Virus record (IMG/VR): IMGVR_UViG_3300020154_000003
Span: 62,001 to 126,000 of that record
Length of the DNA stretch: 64,000 nucleotides
Reading direction: 5' to 3' (one strand)
Of the stretch, positions 40,442 through 50,644 are shown piece by piece (within the stretch, counting starts at the first letter, position 1; the number at the start of each line of letters is the position of its first letter). A program made the position numbers and the translations under genes. The notes beneath the pieces are model-generated. The model made no database searches. It saw only the letters and a program-made list of their open reading frames with translations, and was not told the origin of the DNA.

Positions 40442-40529
40442 GCATCCGTGGCAGAATGGAGAATGATGCCCCACACTTTTAATGTGGACTGTCGTAAGAC
40501 TAACGTAGGTTCGATCCCTACCGGATGCA
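40442..40529 (+). tRNA. tRNA-Lys(TTT) with long variable arm
   Basis: CCACA-CTTTTAA-TGTGG plus GTC-GTAA-GAC arm. Confidence 0.8.
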
Positions 40530-40591
40530 CAAACGTAGATTTATGCGGTGAATAGAGACGCTATTCATCGCAGAATATGCGGAGATTAGTC

Positions 40592-40663
40592 GCCTCCTTA
40601 ACTCAATGGTAGAGTACCATACTTTTAATATGGGAGTTATCAGTTCGAATCTGATAGGGGGTA
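40592..40663 (+). tRNA. tRNA-Lys(TTT)
   Basis: CCATA-CTTTTAA-TATGG. Confidence 0.9.
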
Positions 40664-40666
40664 CTA

Positions 40667-40888
40667 GGGCTTTGCAGATTGTTTCTCAATTGCATAGAAC
40701 ATGTGCCCATATCAAACAAGGGTTCATAGAAATTGAAATACGGGTTGACTTTCGGTGTGGAGAACCGAGCCGCCTATAGGGGCGGTGCCATTGTGCTAAG
40801 GTAAAATAATGTAGAATGCTGCTGAATAGAATAGATGCGCATAAAGATTCAGTAAGGTCTACAGTAGGTTCGAATCCCCTGCAGCCCA
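40667..40888 (+). ncRNA. large structured RNA with tRNA-like ends
   Basis: GGGCT/AGCCC-A ends, GGTTCGAATCC T loop, several internal helices. Confidence 0.55.
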
Positions 40889-40894
40889 CAATAT

Positions 40895-40967
40895 ACCTTC
40901 GTAGCTTAACTGGTAGAGTAGGTGACTCTTAATCATCGGGTTGTGGGTTCGAGTCCCACCGGAGGTA
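40895..40967 (+). tRNA. tRNA-Lys(CTT)
   Basis: GGTGA-CTCTTAA-TCATC. Confidence 0.92.
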
Positions 40968-41272
40968 CATGAATGAAATTAATACCATATGTATGGATTG
41001 TGGAAAAGAGTGTGAACGATGGCAAATCGTAAATACTGCCATGATCGGAAAAGTATGGGAAGTGTGGTGTTATTGTAAGGAATGTAACGTTGAAACTTTT
41101 CATCCTTTTGAGGGTGGAGAAGATGATTAAAAAAAACAATGTTATGAATATTGCGTATAAGTTATAAAGTTCGTAATATTGTCTTCCCAATCGCAGTTAA
41201 TTCTAAGGCGTAGAATGTCACGATAGGAATAAGGTTATATCAAAATGAGGGAGTAGCAATACTTCCTCACAT

Positions 41273-41357
41273 GGGTAGGTAGCAAAGTTCGGTTAAATGC
41301 GCCACGCTGTAAACGTGGTCTCTTCGGAGTTCGGTGGTTCAAATCCATCCCTGCCCA
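41273..41357 (+). tRNA. tRNA-Tyr(GTA)
   Basis: CCACG-CTGTAAA-CGTGG. Confidence 0.92.
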
Positions 41358-41358
41358 C

Positions 41359-41541
41359 AAGACACATCATGGTACTCTGACCGAGAACGATAGTGTGCTG
41401 GATGAAATATAGGTAAGGCCAGCAGAGCGGATAGGAGATTGAATAAGACTACAATCGTCAGTCACTTCCGAGTATAGTTGCACTTCAGAGAGTTTGAGCA
41501 TGTCGGTTATATCGCTTAGATGAAAGGTTCTTGATGTTCTT
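41359..41541 (+). ncRNA. candidate structured RNA
   Basis: Non-coding spacer closed by AAGACACATCA/TGATGTTCTT. Confidence 0.4.
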
Positions 41542-41545
41542 ACAT

Positions 41546-41630
41546 AGGTTGGTAGCAAAGTTCGGTCAAATGCGCTGCGCTGTAAACGCAGTCTCTTCGG
41601 AGTTCGGGGGTTCAAATCCCTCTCAACCTA
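41546..41630 (+). tRNA. tRNA-Tyr(GTA)
   Basis: CTGCG-CTGTAAA-CGCAG. Confidence 0.92.
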
Positions 41631-41796
41631 CAAAATGGACTTAATTAAAGAAACGTATATCGATAAGGAAACTGGCATGTATGTCTCTGTGATTAATAAA
41701 GAAGCATTGATTGATCGAGAGAGTAAAACACCTCAGGAAGCCTTAATAAGATCGTACAATCGATTCATGGATGCAATAAAGAAGCCATTGAAAAAT

Positions 41797-41879
<83 letters not shown>

Positions 41880-41888
41880 CTATTTATG

Positions 41889-41922
41889 ATGAGACCTATG
41901 TAAATGGGTCTCATTTTATTTT
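41889..41922 (+). terminator. end-of-operon terminator
   Basis: ATGAGACCTAT/ATGGGTCTCAT hairpin + T tract. Confidence 0.7.
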
Positions 41923-41953
41923 ATAATAATTTTATTTTTGAAAAGAGTGCAGT

Positions 41954-42223
41954 ATGTTTTACGTGGTGCAGAAAAAAGATTTGAAAGATGGGTATTACTA
42001 TTCAGGATTAATTACTCAGAACTGGTGTGCTGTTAGTAAGGAGCAGCCAATGATTATTGGGAAATGGGATAAGGAAGATGGATGTTTTTATTTTTGGGAA
42101 TTTGATGGAAACATAAAATCAAAATCAAAGCTGTACTATCTGCCTGATATAGATAATGAAATTGAACTTGGGTTTTTCCCTATTAAAGAAATCATTCCGA
42201 AAGATGAACATGTTATTGAGTAA
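41954..42223 (+). CDS. hypothetical protein
   Basis: 89 aa ORF. Confidence 0.6.
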   Translation: MFYVVQKKDLKDGYYYSGLITQNWCAVSKEQPMIIGKWDKEDGCFYFWEFDGNIKSKSKLYYLPDIDNEIELGFFPIKEIIPKDEHVIE

Positions 42224-42290
42224 TGTTTGAACATTACAAATAGTTTGTTATTTTTGGTTTTGATAATCTATTTATAGTAAATATACCTAT

Positions 42291-42554
42291 ATGTCTGAAA
42301 ACAAATTTTATTGCCTATACAGTGACAGTGATCAAACAAAATTCTTGAGTATGGCTTCTACTCTGGAAAAATTGAAAGAGGAAAGTGAATATTGGAGCGA
42401 GGGTGTATGGTTCGAATACACGCACAAAGATGGCAGCAATTTGCTTGAGAATGAAACAGAAATGGCTGGTATCGAATTTCCTAAAGACCCTAAAAAAAGA
42501 TCATTTAAAGAAATCGAAGGAACACCAAAAACCGCATTTAAGTGGGTATCTTAG
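42291..42554 (+). CDS. hypothetical protein
   Basis: 87 aa ORF. Confidence 0.6.
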   Translation: MSENKFYCLYSDSDQTKFLSMASTLEKLKEESEYWSEGVWFEYTHKDGSNLLENETEMAGIEFPKDPKKRSFKEIEGTPKTAFKWVS

Positions 42555-42739
42555 TCACATGGACTATAAGTATTTTACATACGGCAGTAAGGTCGTTGTA
42601 AAAAAATCCATTATTAAAAACGGTGTCGATTTGGAAAATAAAACTGGTTTTATTGTCAACAAAAACAGAAACCTTAAGGGTATTGTGAAGGTATTAATTA
42701 CGGAGTTGGAGTTAACTTATAACCTTCACTATACCGATC

Positions 42740-42991
42740 TCACAATAGTGAATTGAGGTATGTTAATATTTTTTGAACGTCCTCTTCAGCGTAAATGTCA
42801 ATCGGACTGAATTCGTAACCATCCCTGTCAATCAACTTCTGATCCTTGATCAGCACTATCGTAATTCTTCCTAACAGGTCTATACCGTCTCTCTCGGTGT
42901 GTAGTTCAAAAACAATATCTTGCTTAGGTATTGCAAGGGGATATTCAAGGTTATATATTTTTTCTTGGAGTAGTTCTTTAGATGGGGTCAT
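42740..42991 (-). CDS. hypothetical protein
   Basis: 83 aa ORF downstream of Pnk. Confidence 0.55.
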   Translation of the reverse strand: MTPSKELLQEKIYNLEYPLAIPKQDIVFELHTERDGIDLLGRITIVLIKDQKLIDRDGYEFSPIDIYAEEDVQKILTYLNSLL

Positions 42992-43389
42992 GATAATCTC
43001 TTTCTGAAAAATTTTATTTTTCTATCGTAATTTAGGTTTTTACTTTTGATGAATTTCTTTACATGGTATCGCATGAGACCATCGAATTCATTGTCAGTAT
43101 ATTTAAGTTCCTTTTTTAGTACGTACCAAATATCTTCTGAGGGTTCGGTAAGTTCATGGAAATGGAAATGACAGAATTTGCTGTTGTATGTAAAATACGT
43201 ACCGGCTAAATGTCCACGAATACTTCCATTGTTATATTTCCCGAACCTCATTTCATCAGTAAAAGATACTGCTGAGTTCATATGTTCGAAAATCGTAAAC
43301 ACAAAACTCTCAACCTCCTTTTTGTAAAGTTGCTTGATGGGTTTTTCCGTGAATTGGGAGATGTGTTGTAAATATTCGATGCGAGTCAT
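42988..43389 (-). CDS. hypothetical protein
   Basis: 133 aa ORF downstream of Pnk. Confidence 0.55.
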   Translation of the reverse strand: MTRIEYLQHISQFTEKPIKQLYKKEVESFVFTIFEHMNSAVSFTDEMRFGKYNNGSIRGHLAGTYFTYNSKFCHFHFHELTEPSEDIWYVLKKELKYTDNEFDGLMRYHVKKFIKSKNLNYDRKIKFFRKRLS

Positions 43390-43406
43390 AAAAAAGGGGT
43401 GAGTAA

Positions 43407-44315
43407 TTAATACTCACCCTTGCTTACTTGGAACACTTTAAGTCCGTTTTCTCTCCACATGTTGACAACTGGTTGACGATCCTCCAGTACTGCCCGGACA
43501 GAATATTTCCCCTTCACATTTTCCACCCACAATTCTCTCTTTACGACAATATCCTTACGGAAATCATCCATCTTACGCATCAACAGCAGGTCATACTCAA
43601 CACCATATGTTCTTAGCGACAGTTCGGTGCCCTCACGGGATTCCTCACTTCTACCAGTACAGATGATGATCGTGTAACCAGCAGCTTTGTAACAAAGATA
43701 GGTTTCGTATACAACCTGATCAAGATCATCCCGATCAACTTTATGCCAATCGAAATAACCACGCTTACCGTTCGCGTGAAACAATGTGCCATCCAGATCA
43801 ATCATAACGGCTTTAGGAAGCGCAGGATCGAATTCTGGTTCTTTGTACACGTAAGTCTTTTTAGACTGGTTTTGCAAAGCAAAGCTGTCCATTAAGATCA
43901 TGTAGTCTTCGTACATTTTCTTGATAACTTCCTCACCGACTGGTCTTTCACGAACACTGTCCCTCTCAACTGCCTTCTCGAATGAGATGTCAAATACCAT
44001 GAATTCAACGTCCGCACGATATTCCACGTACTTGATCATATCCTCAATGTATCTGGATTTGACGTGAGTAGCGTCAAGCAGGATGTTAAGTCTTCTATCC
44101 AAAGCCACATCGATGGCGTTCAAAACCAATTGAGTAATCATATCCTCAATCTTTGGTTCGCAAAATCCTTGATCCTTCAACATATAGCGGAAGTCATCCC
44201 GGTTAATTCTCACATAATCAGGGTTTTTGCGGACATATTCCTTTGACCACGTTGATTTACCTGCTGCAGGGATTCCGATAAGGATTTTGACGATTTGATT
44301 CTTTTTCTGTGCCAT
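43407..44315 (-). CDS. pseT: polynucleotide 5'-kinase/3'-phosphatase (T4 PseT/Pnk)
   Basis: GIPAAGKSTW...RINRDDFR kinase; DLDGTL, TGR, EDRQPVVNMWR HAD phosphatase. Confidence 0.93.
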   Translation of the reverse strand: MAQKKNQIVKILIGIPAAGKSTWSKEYVRKNPDYVRINRDDFRYMLKDQGFCEPKIEDMITQLVLNAIDVALDRRLNILLDATHVKSRYIEDMIKYVEYRADVEFMVFDISFEKAVERDSVRERPVGEEVIKKMYEDYMILMDSFALQNQSKKTYVYKEPEFDPALPKAVMIDLDGTLFHANGKRGYFDWHKVDRDDLDQVVYETYLCYKAAGYTIIICTGRSEESREGTELSLRTYGVEYDLLLMRKMDDFRKDIVVKRELWVENVKGKYSVRAVLEDRQPVVNMWRENGLKVFQVSKGEY

Positions 44316-44343
44316 AATGTAAAGTTACTATAATTATATGTTA

Positions 44344-44399
44344 TACGAAAACTTTGTATAAATGTTTCAAAACATATTAAATAATATTACGTATATTTG
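44344..44399. promoter_or_regulatory. back-to-back AAC-N16-CGTA promoters
   Basis: 44344-44366 (-) and 44371-44393 (+); TATATTTG at 44392. Confidence 0.7.
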
Positions 44400-44704
44400 T
44401 GAAAAGTACAAGGATGCCTGAATTTAGATATGAAGATTTGCCTAACGGGGAAAAAACTCGTGCAAAAGATGTGTATCGGCAGTTAGATGTATTCCGAAAG
44501 TTTCAAAATAAAGCGTCATTACCTCTCTTTACTTACCTTTTTAAGGAAAGGGGAGAACATCTGTTTGTTGAGGTATTTGTGAGAAAATCCAATAGAAATC
44601 TCCTTGATTTTTTTAACCGAGTAGATGCAGACGTTCATGAAATAATTATAATGAATGTTATGTTTAACGAATCGCTATACGCCCACGACTTTTTATATGA
44701 ATAA
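44399..44704 (+). CDS. hypothetical protein
   Basis: 101 aa ORF. Confidence 0.55.
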   Translation: MKSTRMPEFRYEDLPNGEKTRAKDVYRQLDVFRKFQNKASLPLFTYLFKERGEHLFVEVFVRKSNRNLLDFFNRVDADVHEIIIMNVMFNESLYAHDFLYE

Positions 44705-44993
44705 ATATCAACGCTTAATTAAGGATTTGGAAGAAACTGGTACTGGAAAGATGAAAGTTTTCGGTCAGTCCATGAAACCCTTAATTTACACAGGCTCCCT
44801 ACTCACCTTCACGAAAGTCTCTGAATACGAAGTCGGGGATATTGTCTTTTGCAAAGTAAAAGGCAGATTCATTGACGCACATCTCATAACCAAAAAAGAT
44901 CAAAACAAAGGCTTCATGATCTCCAATAATCATGGGTATGATAACGGATGGACTAAAACAATTTATGCTAAAGTAACTAATATCGAAGCATGA
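44697..44993 (+). CDS. S24/S26 peptidase-like protein
   Basis: VFGQSMKPLI..G...GDIVFCKV. Confidence 0.7.
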   Translation: MNKYQRLIKDLEETGTGKMKVFGQSMKPLIYTGSLLTFTKVSEYEVGDIVFCKVKGRFIDAHLITKKDQNKGFMISNNHGYDNGWTKTIYAKVTNIEA

Positions 44994-45331
44994 AATATTT
45001 ATTTGTCGGAGAGAAAAGAAGTGAATTGGCTAAAAAAATGAAAGTTACGTGGACTGACGGAAGGTTGGCTGCAAAACAATTATTTGATGCTTTCGTATAT
45101 TGTGGTATCGATCCTGAAAAACAGGAATTTTGCAACTGGTTTGAAGGGGGTAAAACTAAGGTACGATCTTACAACGGAACTATCGTAGCAATGGGTAAAA
45201 AGGTAAGTGATGCTCTTACTAAGGAAAAAATTAATCATATTTACATTGTTCATCCAGCAGCCAGAGGCAAAATCAGGAAAAAAGAATTATATTTCCAACA
45301 CGTAAAACAAGCACTAATAAAAACAAATTAA
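44990..45331 (+). CDS. uracil-DNA-glycosylase-fold-like protein
   Basis: LFVGE, IVAMGK, HPAAR. Confidence 0.5.
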   Translation: MKYLFVGEKRSELAKKMKVTWTDGRLAAKQLFDAFVYCGIDPEKQEFCNWFEGGKTKVRSYNGTIVAMGKKVSDALTKEKINHIYIVHPAARGKIRKKELYFQHVKQALIKTN

Positions 45332-45344
45332 ACTATAAACCAAA

Positions 45345-45893
45345 ATGAAAGGATTACTTATTGCCCTACTATTATTCGGTATTCTCGGTGTCACATTTTT
45401 CGTTATGTACATCTCTTACGACAACAAGTTTGTCACCACCAAGAATCTTTACGAAGCACAGGTCTCACAAGACCAGATCATCCACGATGAAATGTGGAAA
45501 GTTATTCAGCAGCAAGCTGGAGTTTCTGAAAAGTACAGCGAAGATTTCACTCGTAACTATAAAGAAATTATGAATGCCAGAAACTATGGTGGTGAATTGA
45601 TGAAATGGATTACTGAACAGAACCCTAATTTCAGTCCTGATTTATATTCCAAACTCATGAACACCATTGAAGTTCAAAGAAATAAATTTACTGTAGTACA
45701 ATCCAAGCTGATCTCCATTCATAATGAAATGAAAAATCAACTTACATTATTTCCGAGTAGATTGTTTTTGGTAAATATTGGTGGCCACGTATTGCCTGAC
45801 CTTAACATCGTAACTAGTTCACGTACTGATGAAGTATTCAGAACCGGGAAGGATGATGATGTCCAGCTTTTCAAGTCTGACACTGCAAAATAA
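45345..45893 (+). CDS. LemA-like membrane-anchored protein
   Basis: N-terminal TM, helical body, C-terminal FPS motif. Confidence 0.55.
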   Translation: MKGLLIALLLFGILGVTFFVMYISYDNKFVTTKNLYEAQVSQDQIIHDEMWKVIQQQAGVSEKYSEDFTRNYKEIMNARNYGGELMKWITEQNPNFSPDLYSKLMNTIEVQRNKFTVVQSKLISIHNEMKNQLTLFPSRLFLVNIGGHVLPDLNIVTSSRTDEVFRTGKDDDVQLFKSDTAK

Positions 45894-45944
45894 TTCATGG
45901 GGTGCTGCCACTGGTAGCACCCTTCACTTCTTAAACCAACTCCA

Positions 45945-47096
45945 ATGGTTCTCTATCTAGCTTTTGCTATTCCGGTCTTAGCTGCTTTAGTTCTATACAC
46001 ATTCTTCAAACACAAAACCAAGATATGGGAAGTAGCAATTCCGATGCTCTTCACAATCCTTTTGATTTTGGGTGCAAAAGCCATTTGTGTTAGTTCACTA
46101 ACTGGCGACACAGAATATTTGGGTGGGATGGTTTATGAAGTTAGATATTACGAAGAATGGGATGAATACATTCACCAGACTTGTAGTAGAGAATGTTGCT
46201 GCTCAAAAGATTCAGATGGACATGAATCATGTAGCACCGAATACTACGATTGTTCTTACGTGGATAACCATCCAGAATATTGGGAGGTAGTGACAACCCT
46301 AGGCTCATTCAATGTCTCTGAAAATTATTATAGGTATCTGGTAAAAAAATTCGAAGTTGCCCCGACCTTTAAAGACATGCATAGAGATTATCACAGCATC
46401 GATGGTGATATGTACTTTGCGAAATGGGATAACACAGACGAAAAGTTGGAACCTGTCACTATTACTCATTCGTATGAAAATCGACCTAAAGTATCAAGCA
46501 GCATTTATCGCTTCGAAGAAGTTGATACTTTTGATATAAGACAATATAAACCATACAACTATCCTGAAGTTAATGGACTGAAACAGCGTGTTATATTGGG
46601 TTATGACGATCCTAAAGCGGAACATGCACTACAAGTTCTTAATTCAAGGTTGGGTAAAGAGAAACAAGTAAGGGTTTATTTTTTGATTTTTAAAAATCAA
46701 CCATTAGATGCTGGTTCGATTCAGGAACGGTATTGGGAAGGTGGAAATAAAAATGAGTTGAATGTGTGCATCGGGATTGACGATAATAATAACGTCAAGT
46801 GGGCCTACGTTTTCTCGTGGACAGAACAAAGCGAAGTCAAAGTAAATATCAGAACGCATATTCAGGAATCAAAAAAGCTTGATCTTTATGAATATGTTAA
46901 CTATACGAAAGCAGAGGTTCTTGAGAATTGGGTTAGGAAGCAATTTAAAGATTTTGATTATCTGACAATCGAACCAACCATGAAGCAGATCATATGGATT
47001 TATATCTTGACGATCATCTTCAATGCAGGTATTTGTGTCTGGATAGTTAATAATGAATTTGATGATGAACCGAGAGGAAAATACTACTGGAAATGA
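45945..47096 (+). CDS. membrane protein with Cys-rich extracytoplasmic segment
   Basis: Two N-terminal TMs, one C-terminal TM; paired with LemA-like gene. Confidence 0.65.
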   Translation: MVLYLAFAIPVLAALVLYTFFKHKTKIWEVAIPMLFTILLILGAKAICVSSLTGDTEYLGGMVYEVRYYEEWDEYIHQTCSRECCCSKDSDGHESCSTEYYDCSYVDNHPEYWEVVTTLGSFNVSENYYRYLVKKFEVAPTFKDMHRDYHSIDGDMYFAKWDNTDEKLEPVTITHSYENRPKVSSSIYRFEEVDTFDIRQYKPYNYPEVNGLKQRVILGYDDPKAEHALQVLNSRLGKEKQVRVYFLIFKNQPLDAGSIQERYWEGGNKNELNVCIGIDDNNNVKWAYVFSWTEQSEVKVNIRTHIQESKKLDLYEYVNYTKAEVLENWVRKQFKDFDYLTIEPTMKQIIWIYILTIIFNAGICVWIVNNEFDDEPRGKYYWK

Positions 47097-47569
47097 AAGT
47101 GAAACCAAGAATACCAGAAACTTTATACAAGTCGAGAGTCATATTACATTCACAAAAAAGAGCAAAGGAACGATACGACATATATCTGATCACTGACGTT
47201 TATTCCATCAACAGGGTAATACGAAGTGAACTGGAAGCTAAGAACCCAAATCCAAACACACTATTACTGCTGTATCGGGAAAATAAAAAATCAAATAGAT
47301 TTCATTATTTGGTGTATTGGAGGAATAACTATTATTGGGTGGTTTGGAATGATACATTGAAAACAATTCACACATTTATGCCGACCGATGGGCTACAAAC
47401 CAGAATAAGTAGGTTTACGAATTCCGTAGCTGCATTTTTATCGTGCAGAGGATTGATTGATATGCAGCAATATAGAAGAATGAAAATTCTTAATATCTCG
47501 AAAAAGAAGCCTTCTGCTTTGGTGCATAGTGATCTTGGTAAACATCATCATTTAGACCATAATCAATAA
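47093..47569 (+). CDS. hypothetical protein
   Basis: 158 aa ORF. Confidence 0.5.
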   Translation: MKVKPRIPETLYKSRVILHSQKRAKERYDIYLITDVYSINRVIRSELEAKNPNPNTLLLLYRENKKSNRFHYLVYWRNNYYWVVWNDTLKTIHTFMPTDGLQTRISRFTNSVAAFLSCRGLIDMQQYRRMKILNISKKKPSALVHSDLGKHHHLDHNQ

Positions 47570-48173
47570 TCACGATTTCTGGCTGGCCATTTCTGTTGAC
47601 TTCTCCGTAGGAAGAGATTCTACTAAGATCGCCAGATGGCATGTCGTAATTCAGCATAAGATCAAGAATTGTGCTTGCGAATTCGTTATTCTCAACCATT
47701 TCCAGTTGTTCTGGTGTCATCTCTGACCCCATCTTCCCCCTGCCTTTGTTTTCAGCATGTTTTTTCCAGAGATATGTGCTGAGAGTTTTGATGTCAATAC
47801 CAGTTAATTCTCGGAATCTTGTGGGTGTCACTCTTTTAGCATGTTCAGCCTCAATCCATTCGTCTTTAGGGTGTGTTTTGAAGACTTGGGCCACCATGTC
47901 CCTGATATAATAATCGTTGCTTAAACTGGCCTCTAATTCATTCTGAGCGATGCCTTTGGCGTTCTTTGCAAGTTTCAGAACCGACTTATCGTCAATTTCG
48001 TATACAATCCGTGCGCTGCCAGCACCAATTTTTCTTAAATGTTGGGCGCAGTAACGTACTCTTTCAGCGAATGAGCGTAAATTGGCGAATTCCTCATGGT
48101 TGAATGACGCTGGATAGTCCTCTTTCATGAAATATCCTGCTAATTCTTCAAAAACCATGTCGCGAATGTTCAT
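47490..48173 (-). CDS. protein-kinase-like protein
   Basis: IGAGSARIVY Gly loop, VLKLA, QNELE, IIDYG; late motif at 48191. Confidence 0.7.
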   Translation of the reverse strand: MNIRDMVFEELAGYFMKEDYPASFNHEEFANLRSFAERVRYCAQHLRKIGAGSARIVYEIDDKSVLKLAKNAKGIAQNELEASLSNDYYIRDMVAQVFKTHPKDEWIEAEHAKRVTPTRFRELTGIDIKTLSTYLWKKHAENKGRGKMGSEMTPEQLEMVENNEFASTILDLMLNYDMPSGDLSRISSYGEVNRNGQPEIVIIDYGLNDDVYQDHYAPKQKASFSRY

Positions 48174-48248
48174 AATTTGCTAACTTTACTATAAATACAA
48201 CAAAAACCTGTATTTTACGTATTACCAAGTATCAAAAACACTCATTTT

Positions 48249-48485
48249 ATGAAAGTACGAGACTTAATTAAGCAATTGGCAAAGTTTGATCAGAATTCCA
48301 CTGTGATTGTGACTTCTAGCAATTTTGAATTGGATGGAAGTCAAGTGGCTGTCACTTCTGTTTACGGAACTGAAGAGGGTTCAAAAAAAGAACAGACTTT
48401 CAGAGATGCTTTCGATGGGGAATCATACAACAAAACCACATGGTCAACACAGGGAGGAAAACTCAAAGTGGTGAAAATATCTTAA
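48249..48485 (+). CDS. hypothetical protein
   Basis: MKVRDLIKQL start; promoter 48199-48221. Confidence 0.6.
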   Translation: MKVRDLIKQLAKFDQNSTVIVTSSNFELDGSQVAVTSVYGTEEGSKKEQTFRDAFDGESYNKTTWSTQGGKLKVVKIS

Positions 48486-48487
48486 CA

Positions 48488-48802
48488 ATGAATTATTTAG
48501 AAAAAGAAATAGCCCTTTTCAAAAGGAGAAAACAACTTTTGAACCAGCCAATATTGAAAGTTGTTGGGGAAGGTTGTCAAGCAATTAGCGAATTTCAATG
48601 GATTGGAAAAGTAATCGGTTTCGAAGAAGATAAGGAAAAGGGTTGGACTGTGGCAGTCATCAAAATTTTGAAACATAATCGTTCATACGGTGATGCCAGA
48701 GACGCTAAGGAGGATGAAATTTATACTTATCCAATAGCGAACAAGTATTACATGATCAATGACATTCAAAACGTTGATGGTGTATGGATACTTTACACAT
48801 AG
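48488..48802 (+). CDS. hypothetical protein
   Basis: MNYLEKEIALF... Confidence 0.55.
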   Translation: MNYLEKEIALFKRRKQLLNQPILKVVGEGCQAISEFQWIGKVIGFEEDKEKGWTVAVIKILKHNRSYGDARDAKEDEIYTYPIANKYYMINDIQNVDGVWILYT

Positions 48803-48812
48803 AAATGCGGAT

Positions 48813-49874
48813 ATGTTACTAACTAGAGATCAATTCAGGGAAGGTGTCTTTAAAAGAGATAAATACAGATGTGTCGTGTGCTTTAATCCTGCAGTTGATG
48901 CTCACCATATCATTGAAAGAAAATTATGGGATGACGGTGGATACTATTTGGATAACGGGGTTTCTCTTTGTGAACGTTGTCACATGAAAGCAGAACAAAC
49001 GATTATTTCTTGCGATGAGTTAAGAAATTCTGTTGGTATCACAACTAATCATTTACCAGCAATATTGTTTGATCGATTGATGGATGACAACAGAATCACG
49101 AATATAGGAAAGGTAAGTTTCGATAAATGGGGTAACCTAATACTGGCAGACGGTAGCCGTAGACCGGGGCCAATGTTTAATACGGAACAGGTTCAAAAAA
49201 TCATAAAGCAAGCCAATTTATTACATCTGTTTGTGGAAGATAAATATGTAAAATATCCAAGGACGTATCACTTACCATACAGCGAAAAAGCCTCTGCAGA
49301 CGATAAAAGATTATCCAGTACTGAGCAATTCGCAGGTAAGGAAGTGGTAGCAACCATCAAACTTGATGGGGAAAACACCACTTTGTATCAAGATCATATC
49401 CATGCAAGGTCTTTGGATTCAGCACATCATCCCTCTCGCGATTGGGTTAAAGGTTTGTGGGGAAGTTTCAAACATGAAATACCTGACGGTTGGAGAATTT
49501 GTGGTGAGAATGTTTACGCACTGCACACAATACCCTACAACAACTTAGAAACATACTTCTACGTTTTTTCCATATGGGATAATACGAATACCTGCCTTTC
49601 GTGGGATGAAACGGTTGCATACTGTGAAATGCTCGGACTAAAAACAGTACCCGTAATTTATCGTGGTGATTTTGATCAAGCGAAAATACAAGCTGCTTTT
49701 CCTGCAACACACAATGGTGATCCCACTGAAGGATATGTGGTTAGACTGACCGAACGTTTTCATTACGATGAGTTTGAAAATTCGTTAGCTAAATATGTGT
49801 CAAAGTCCTTCATTATCGAAGGCGCACAACATTGGATGCAGAATGCAATAATACCAAACAAGCTTTCTTCTTAA
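48813..49874 (+). CDS. HNH domain fused to ATP-dependent RNA ligase
   Basis: RDKYRCVVC..DAHHI..NGVSLCERCH; KYPRTYHL, KLDGEN, ICGEN, EGYVVR, AKYV. Confidence 0.88.
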   Translation: MLLTRDQFREGVFKRDKYRCVVCFNPAVDAHHIIERKLWDDGGYYLDNGVSLCERCHMKAEQTIISCDELRNSVGITTNHLPAILFDRLMDDNRITNIGKVSFDKWGNLILADGSRRPGPMFNTEQVQKIIKQANLLHLFVEDKYVKYPRTYHLPYSEKASADDKRLSSTEQFAGKEVVATIKLDGENTTLYQDHIHARSLDSAHHPSRDWVKGLWGSFKHEIPDGWRICGENVYALHTIPYNNLETYFYVFSIWDNTNTCLSWDETVAYCEMLGLKTVPVIYRGDFDQAKIQAAFPATHNGDPTEGYVVRLTERFHYDEFENSLAKYVSKSFIIEGAQHWMQNAIIPNKLSS

Positions 49875-50050
49875 TAGATGGACATTGAAACATATTTCTT
49901 TCAAGATAAAATTATTGTAGAGGTTTATAACGCCTATATTGATGGTTTATCTTCGCAGGATATTGCATTTAAAATGAATTTGTTTCACGATGTTAGTCTT
50001 GACGAAAATCAAATAAATAATATTATCGATCTCATAAACCAAATTTTATA

Positions 50051-50644
50051 ATGTTTAAAACATCTCGCTTCTTAGTCATTTTGTCTATATTTTTTTTATG
50101 TTCCTTCGTGTCGAATAAAGAAGTAATGGTGATTGGCGACAGCATAACAGCTAATGGCACTTTTGTGGATTACCTTAAAGTTGAAACTGGTATGAACTTT
50201 AAATCGTATGGGTTCACTGGTGAAGGAACTTCACATATATTGAAGAGGTTGAAAAACATCAATGTCACAAAATACAATTACATCATTATTGAAGCGGGTA
50301 TAAACAACATCGACAATGCTTCTCAAGTAATGAGTGATATGAAGGAAATGTTTCAATACGCAAAATCTGAAAACCCTGACATCAAGGTTATCGTGTTGAC
50401 AATCGTACCATTCAAAGGTTATCCAACATGGACACCGAAGAAACAAGAAAATCTTCTGAAAGTAAATTCATGGCTTTTAACAAAACCAGAAAATGTCGAT
50501 ATTGTTGTTGATATTTATGATGTCATGTCCGTTAATGGATTTCAACCACACTCGACTGATGGTCTTCATCCTTCCAGAAAGGGACATAGATTAATGGCTG
50601 ATTTGATAAAACCTCATTTACAAGATGGCATACGGAGTTATTGA
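50051..50644 (+). CDS. SGNH/GDSL hydrolase, secreted
   Basis: GDSIT, GINN, DGLHP. Confidence 0.88.
   Translation: MFKTSRFLVILSIFFLCSFVSNKEVMVIGDSITANGTFVDYLKVETGMNFKSYGFTGEGTSHILKRLKNINVTKYNYIIIEAGINNIDNASQVMSDMKEMFQYAKSENPDIKVIVLTIVPFKGYPTWTPKKQENLLKVNSWLLTKPENVDIVVDIYDVMSVNGFQPHSTDGLHPSRKGHRLMADLIKPHLQDGIRSY

Noticed and set aside
40667-40888. tmRNA
   Set aside because: No G3:U70 pair, shorter than typical tmRNA, and no convincing tag ORF
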